From assembly GCF_964194025.1 (NCBI RefSeq), contig NC_134472.1, positions 67,456,001-67,520,000 of the forward strand: 64,000 nt of DNA. The letters run 5' to 3'. The position numbers and the translations under genes are program-made. The stretch comes from Convolutriloba macropyga. Its lineage: Eukaryota. The notes beneath the pieces were generated by a model. That model saw only the letters and a program-made list of their open reading frames with translations, was not told the DNA's origin and made no database searches. Positions 59,141 through 64,000 of the stretch are shown here, piece after piece (positions within the stretch are counted from its first letter, which is position 1; every line of letters begins with the position of its first letter).

Positions 59141-59890
59141 TAATTGCTCTCGAACGAAGTTGAGGTAATTAATTTGAATTAACCTGCGTGTCTTTTTAAT
59201 GCAAAGTTTTTCACCATTTCTGCACTTGTTTATTTCATGCCTGACTTCTTTATTAATTGCTTTCAACGAAGTTCGTAGCAATTATTGTAAATGTGTTTTT
59301 TTATCACATTCTTCGCTTTTCTTCTAGAACATTCTTTGACTTTTCAAGTGACTTTTTCACGCTTTCGTTCATTTTTGAGTTACATCTACTGTTCTCACCC
59401 TGAAGTAAAGCTTGTTGCTAATATAAACTTGATTGCAACATAGCAATAAGATGGGCCTGATAACCGAGTGAGCAGTGCTTCTGTTGAGGAATGGAGAGGT
59501 CCATGGTTCGAATCCCGCGTGGTCAAAAATTTTTGCACACATAAAGAAAAATTTATCTAGGCTACAGCCCCTGAATAAAATTGCCTCGCTTTTCTTTCGA
59601 GAGCAATTCTTCCGACGTTAGTCGGTTTATGTTTTTGTGTGATCTCAATTGTCGTTCCAAAATAAAATTTGTTGCTAAAATAAACCGATTATGAGCGATT
59701 GAGAATCAAAGCAGTTGAAGCTAAATTGTTAAGATGTCACGCTGTAGTCCGGGAGGTCCTGGGGTTCGAACTCCTAAGAGGTTGTAGTGTTTTGCACCCA
59801 TAAAAACAGTTCAAACTACACCCTGTAAGTTATATTGCCCCCCCCCCCCGCGCCTGTCATTTGAGAGCAATTCAGCCGAAGTTAGTCTGT
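59141..59890 (+). mobile_element. Nested or tandem Helentron/DINE-1-like elements carrying tRNA-like segments
   Basis: 5' subTIRs at 59141 and ~59254. 3' GAGAGCAATT at 59599, followed by hairpin CCGAC-gtta-GTCGG, and again at 59863. Confidence 0.65.
59461..59524 (+). pseudogene. tRNA-derived segment (A-box and B-box remnants), not a functional tRNA
   Basis: TAACCGAGTG ... GGTTCGAATCC. No intact cloverleaf. A similar remnant lies at ~59720-59775. Confidence 0.55.
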
Positions 59891-60015
59891 TTGTTTGATT
59901 GTTTTGTCAACGGTGTCGCTGTCATCGTGTTAACTTAGACAATATTAACAGTCAATAGTTGGTTTCTATCTTGAGGTCTTGTTCATGGTACTATGATTTT
60001 CAGAATAAGTATTTT

Positions 60016-60870
60016 TAATTGCTCTCACGAAGTTTGTAGCAATTATATTAGTCCGGCTGGTCTTTTTGTATGCGATTTTCCATACTTCCGATTTTCGTCT
60101 GATCGTTTTTTTTTCATTTGATTTTTCGTCCTCAAAACGGCATAAAGAGGTGAAGCCCGGAGCGCATTAAAATGTCAGAGTGTTACGGCCAACTAGTCTT
60201 CAAGTATGCGATTCACCGAAATTGTTTAAGAGACGTAAGTTCATGATAGAAAAGGGGTTCTTAAAATTTGACTCCCCCATTAACCCCAAACGTACCTCCC
60301 CCCACGTAACGCAAACGTACTCCCCCCTCCCCCACCACCACTTAACCTTAACCCCCACCATCACTTCAACCGCCCCAGCCCCTCCACCTCATTCTACACG
60401 CTCTCAACACCCTCCGTCATGCTCTACCTCCTTTAGCAGCAGCTTGCTTTTGGCAAAGCCAACAGCTCGAAAGTAGTTTGAGCTTTTAGCCCGATGTTAT
60501 GGTTTATCTATCCCATAACGTTGAATAATTCGATAAGTTGCTAGCAAATGAATTTTGGAGCAATTTTATTAGTCCGGGTGCATTTTAATGCAGTTAATTT
60601 TGCCTTTTTTGGTCTGACCATGGGGTACTTTTGCCAAAAGGGAAAAACCGGTAAGGCCGGGGGCATTAAGTTGCTGAGCAGGTCTCTAAGTTTGCGTGGT
60701 CCAACGAAATTCATTGTGTGAAGGGCAGTTTAGACCCCCACTCCCTCATCCTCCTCACGCGTTAAACTTCACGCGCGCACACCGAATTCTGCTTTCTAGG
60801 CCTAAATTTACGATGTAATAGACAATTCCAGGTGGTTTGACCCTCTAACAATCTCCTAGCCCGAATTTCT
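60016..60870 (+). mobile_element. Further degenerate copies of the same Helentron/DINE-1-like family
   Basis: 60016-60180 is homologous to 57377-57535. Another 5' end lies near 60540. C-rich low-complexity interiors. Confidence 0.6.
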
Positions 60871-63800
60871 TGTCTCGTAATAATCACCATATTACGACGG
60901 AGCTTCCCTTCAATTGGTTACCCAGCAAAAGGGGGCGAACTATAAGTTCAAAAAAACTCATTTTCATCTCATCCAATGAGCGAAGAGATAGAGAGCGGCG
61001 CGATCTTTAAAATAAATTGTTGAGAGTTATGAAAGAGCCGGTAGGTCGTTCGCATGTAGAAGTTGAAAAATTACCTCAAGCAAAATTGACATAAGTAATG
61101 TTTCATGCTCATTGATTTCATTATCCTAATTTTCGATGTAATTGGCCGGATTGTCTATTACAATAAGGTTGAATTTTGAAGAAAAAAACGGTGAAAATTG
61201 GTTCATCGCCTTATTTTTTTTTACTGCTGACCTACAAAGCTCTTGTGACTATTCTCAAGCCTAATTTTTTGATTAAATTTTTCTTGCAACTTCTATTTTT
61301 TCTTATTGCCTTTCCTTTCCGTTACAGCTCAGTATAAGTAAATTATTTCAAATGTTTCGATCAATATTTGGCAATATTTTTTTTCTGCATCCATCTAGTC
61401 TGATTCTCTTCGTCTTGTAGTAGCAAAAATTGGATGCGGTTGGTGGCTCACTCTGGACTGTTTTTGAACCGTTTTCTCTTGCGTCTGTATCTTGCGTTAT
61501 CAGTTATGGGTGTTTTGTGGTGTTTAATTGTGATTCAGTTTTAATTGTCTTCTATTTACTTGAATTGTGTCCAAAGGAAACTGCTAAATTTAATTAGAAT
61601 CAGTCGCTATGAAAGACGTGCAGAACATGAATCTTGGGAATAGTTTTTCCTGAGCAATATACTGTTCGCCAAGTTTCTACTTACTGTATCTTTGAATTAC
61701 TTTTCAGTAGTCAGGAAAACTCCTGAAAAAAAATTTAAATTTACACCATAACTATTAATGAAATAAACTCAATTCTGATCGCATGAAATGGATTGAAATC
61801 GAAAGTAGAAATGTAAAAAAAAAGCTCTGCAGGAATTGCTATTCGTTGTAAAATTGATCCTCGTGAAACTATCCAATTGTCATGTTTAAGATTTGTGAAA
61901 TTTTCTTACCTTATTAGGATACTAGATGCTTTCGGACCTATAAACTTACTATAAAAATGTCAAAGAAAACTTTTCGACGAATACATGTTTTCACAAGTGC
62001 TTCTAAGAAACATTGTTGGTTGTCTGAGCTGCTAGTATGAAATTTTAGCTATTTTCATTTATTGTCTCAATCATACGAAGTATAACATTCTTGACTAATT
62101 GTTGCTACAGTTAATATACATTTTTCGAGGTGAGCATTTACTAAAGTCTCAAGTTGTCATTAAGTTGAACATCTATAATTACAAAATTGAAACAAGGTAA
62201 AATGAACTTTATTTTTTTGATGCCCTGATGTTATTGTTTGCGTCATCCTTATTTTCTTGACTGGTCAATGTGGATCGAATGTGTACAAGAAGTCAGCGAA
62301 AATGTGTATCTTTAATCACATTGGCTTTAATCACGAGAATGTTACGCATTTAAAATTTTCGGGGTATGTTTGGCTTTTGTCTTTTATACGTTTGCTTTTT
62401 CTTACAATCGTAAACTGAATTTTGACTAAGCTATTGACAAAAATGTACATTGTATTTAGTAAAACGCAATGAAAAAGCACACAAGCCTGTACAAAAATAA
62501 GCGTATATTTTCTTGCTGTCGTTGAGGCGTATCACATTCTTTATCCGTTGATTATAAAATGGCCATTTATTCCTCTTGAATTCTTAGTAATTTTTGTTCA
62601 AAAATTTTCCCGAATTTACGTGCGAGATCTAAATTTCGTAAAATTTTTGCTAGAAATTTAGTACGTTTGAGATTTAATAATTTTGATTGGAAAAGGACAG
62701 CTTTTCAAATTGGATCTTTTATACTTCATTACATACATAAGTGAGTGAGCTAAAATGGAATCGGACACTCGTCCTCTACAGGTAATGCTAATTTGCCAGG
62801 TTAATACTTTGCTTTCATACTTCGGGTAGATTTCTTTAGATAACTTAAAATTGACTTAAGATTATTAATTGATTTTTACAAAGTTCTCTAGTTATAGTTC
62901 TCTAGTTACGCTCAGTGTGTGAAAGTAATGGGGGTTTGAATCTACTATTTTCTGTACCGCTTCGCAAAAATAGGCGTTTTTACGCGAAAAAGAAATGTGA
63001 CTACGTAGAAATGGTTGAGATTTGTTTTTTTTGCGTTAATTGCTCGAGCTTTTGCGTGCGGAGTATCATAAGTTGAAGATGATCAGTAGCACGACCCGAC
63101 AATTCCAAGCTGAAAATTAGCTAACCAATTTCAGGTTATAGGGACATCAAAATTTTGATGAAACATCGTTCACAAAAAATTATATTTTTCAAGCACTGTA
63201 TCTCGCGATTTAATTTACAACCTGACAATTCAATGTCTTTAAGTTAACCAATTGTATTTCACTCAAGGCACTGAGCATATTGTTCAATTGCATCTCGAGA
63301 ACAAAAATTGCGTTAGGACTCATACACTATGGTGCTAAAATCTACTACAAATAACTTTCTCATTCACAAAATTTTCAATTTTTTTGTTAACAAGGAGGCT
63401 CGTTAATGTGCGTTTGCACATAAAGTTCCAATCCCGCTCATCCACATCGTTGGCATAAATGTCTACCAAATGAGGAACAGATAGAAAACTCCCCAAAGTT
63501 CAAGTATTTTTTTAAAAAAAATGTATGAACAAAAAGATCGCCTCCAACGCAAATAACTCAGTGGAGTAAAAATGGCGGACTAGATTGATGAGATCAGCCA
63601 TTATTAAGAAAGCAAGTCAAGACGAAGAACAAAATCAAACAACAATAACAACAAACACTAATTACATCCAAAACTTTATGTCCATTTTTGTAAAAGAAAA
63701 AAACTTATTAACAAGGTCAAAATAGCGCGGACAAAACTGAAACTAAACAAAATAACTTGTATTTCACTCGAAAATATATGGGATTACTCCCTAAAAAGGT

Positions 63801-64000
63801 TCGGTAACATTTAGACTAAAAAGAACAAAAAAGCTGCAAAGTTAAAAAAAATTGGCTTCTGTTTTTAAAAATAATTTCAAATTAGTGAAAACCATTAGAT
63901 AGCAATTGAAAACATACAACATGTTTATGATCACATACGACTCTATTGGAGGGCATTAGGGCCTGTCATTATTCAATTTCTCATGAGGTTACGAAAAGAA

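Noticed and set aside
60900-64000. Terminal AT-rich stretch
   Set aside because: No ORF of 60 aa or more and no structure I could support.

Overview
AT-rich, repeat-dense eukaryotic (animal-like) genomic DNA. The main feature is a full-length, both-ends-intact 22.2-kb Polinton/Maverick (adintovirus-like endogenous dsDNA virus) at 10496-32677. It has ~125-bp AGTAGT-terminal inverted repeats and a perfect 6-bp target-site duplication (GCTGCC). It carries pPolB, integrase, packaging ATPase, cysteine protease, major and minor capsid genes and accessory ORFs, many of them broken by stops or frameshifts. Inside the element are a ~3.5-kb tandem duplication of the pPolB region, a 4x ~755-bp amplification, an apparent spliceosomal intron in pPolB, an in-frame A_AAU_UUA heptamer joining a zinc-finger ORF to pPolB, and an opposite-strand module of iterons, a hairpin, a PC4-like ORF and an HUH-motif ORF. 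The element landed inside a very degenerate ~102-bp tandem array, which can be rebuilt across the insertion. The rest of the window holds three decayed LINEs, MITE-like and Helentron/DINE-1-like elements, satellites, and one intact host gene: a two-exon, single-domain paladin-like CX5R phosphatase (52859-56986, +). All calls come from reading motifs by eye; no database searches were run.
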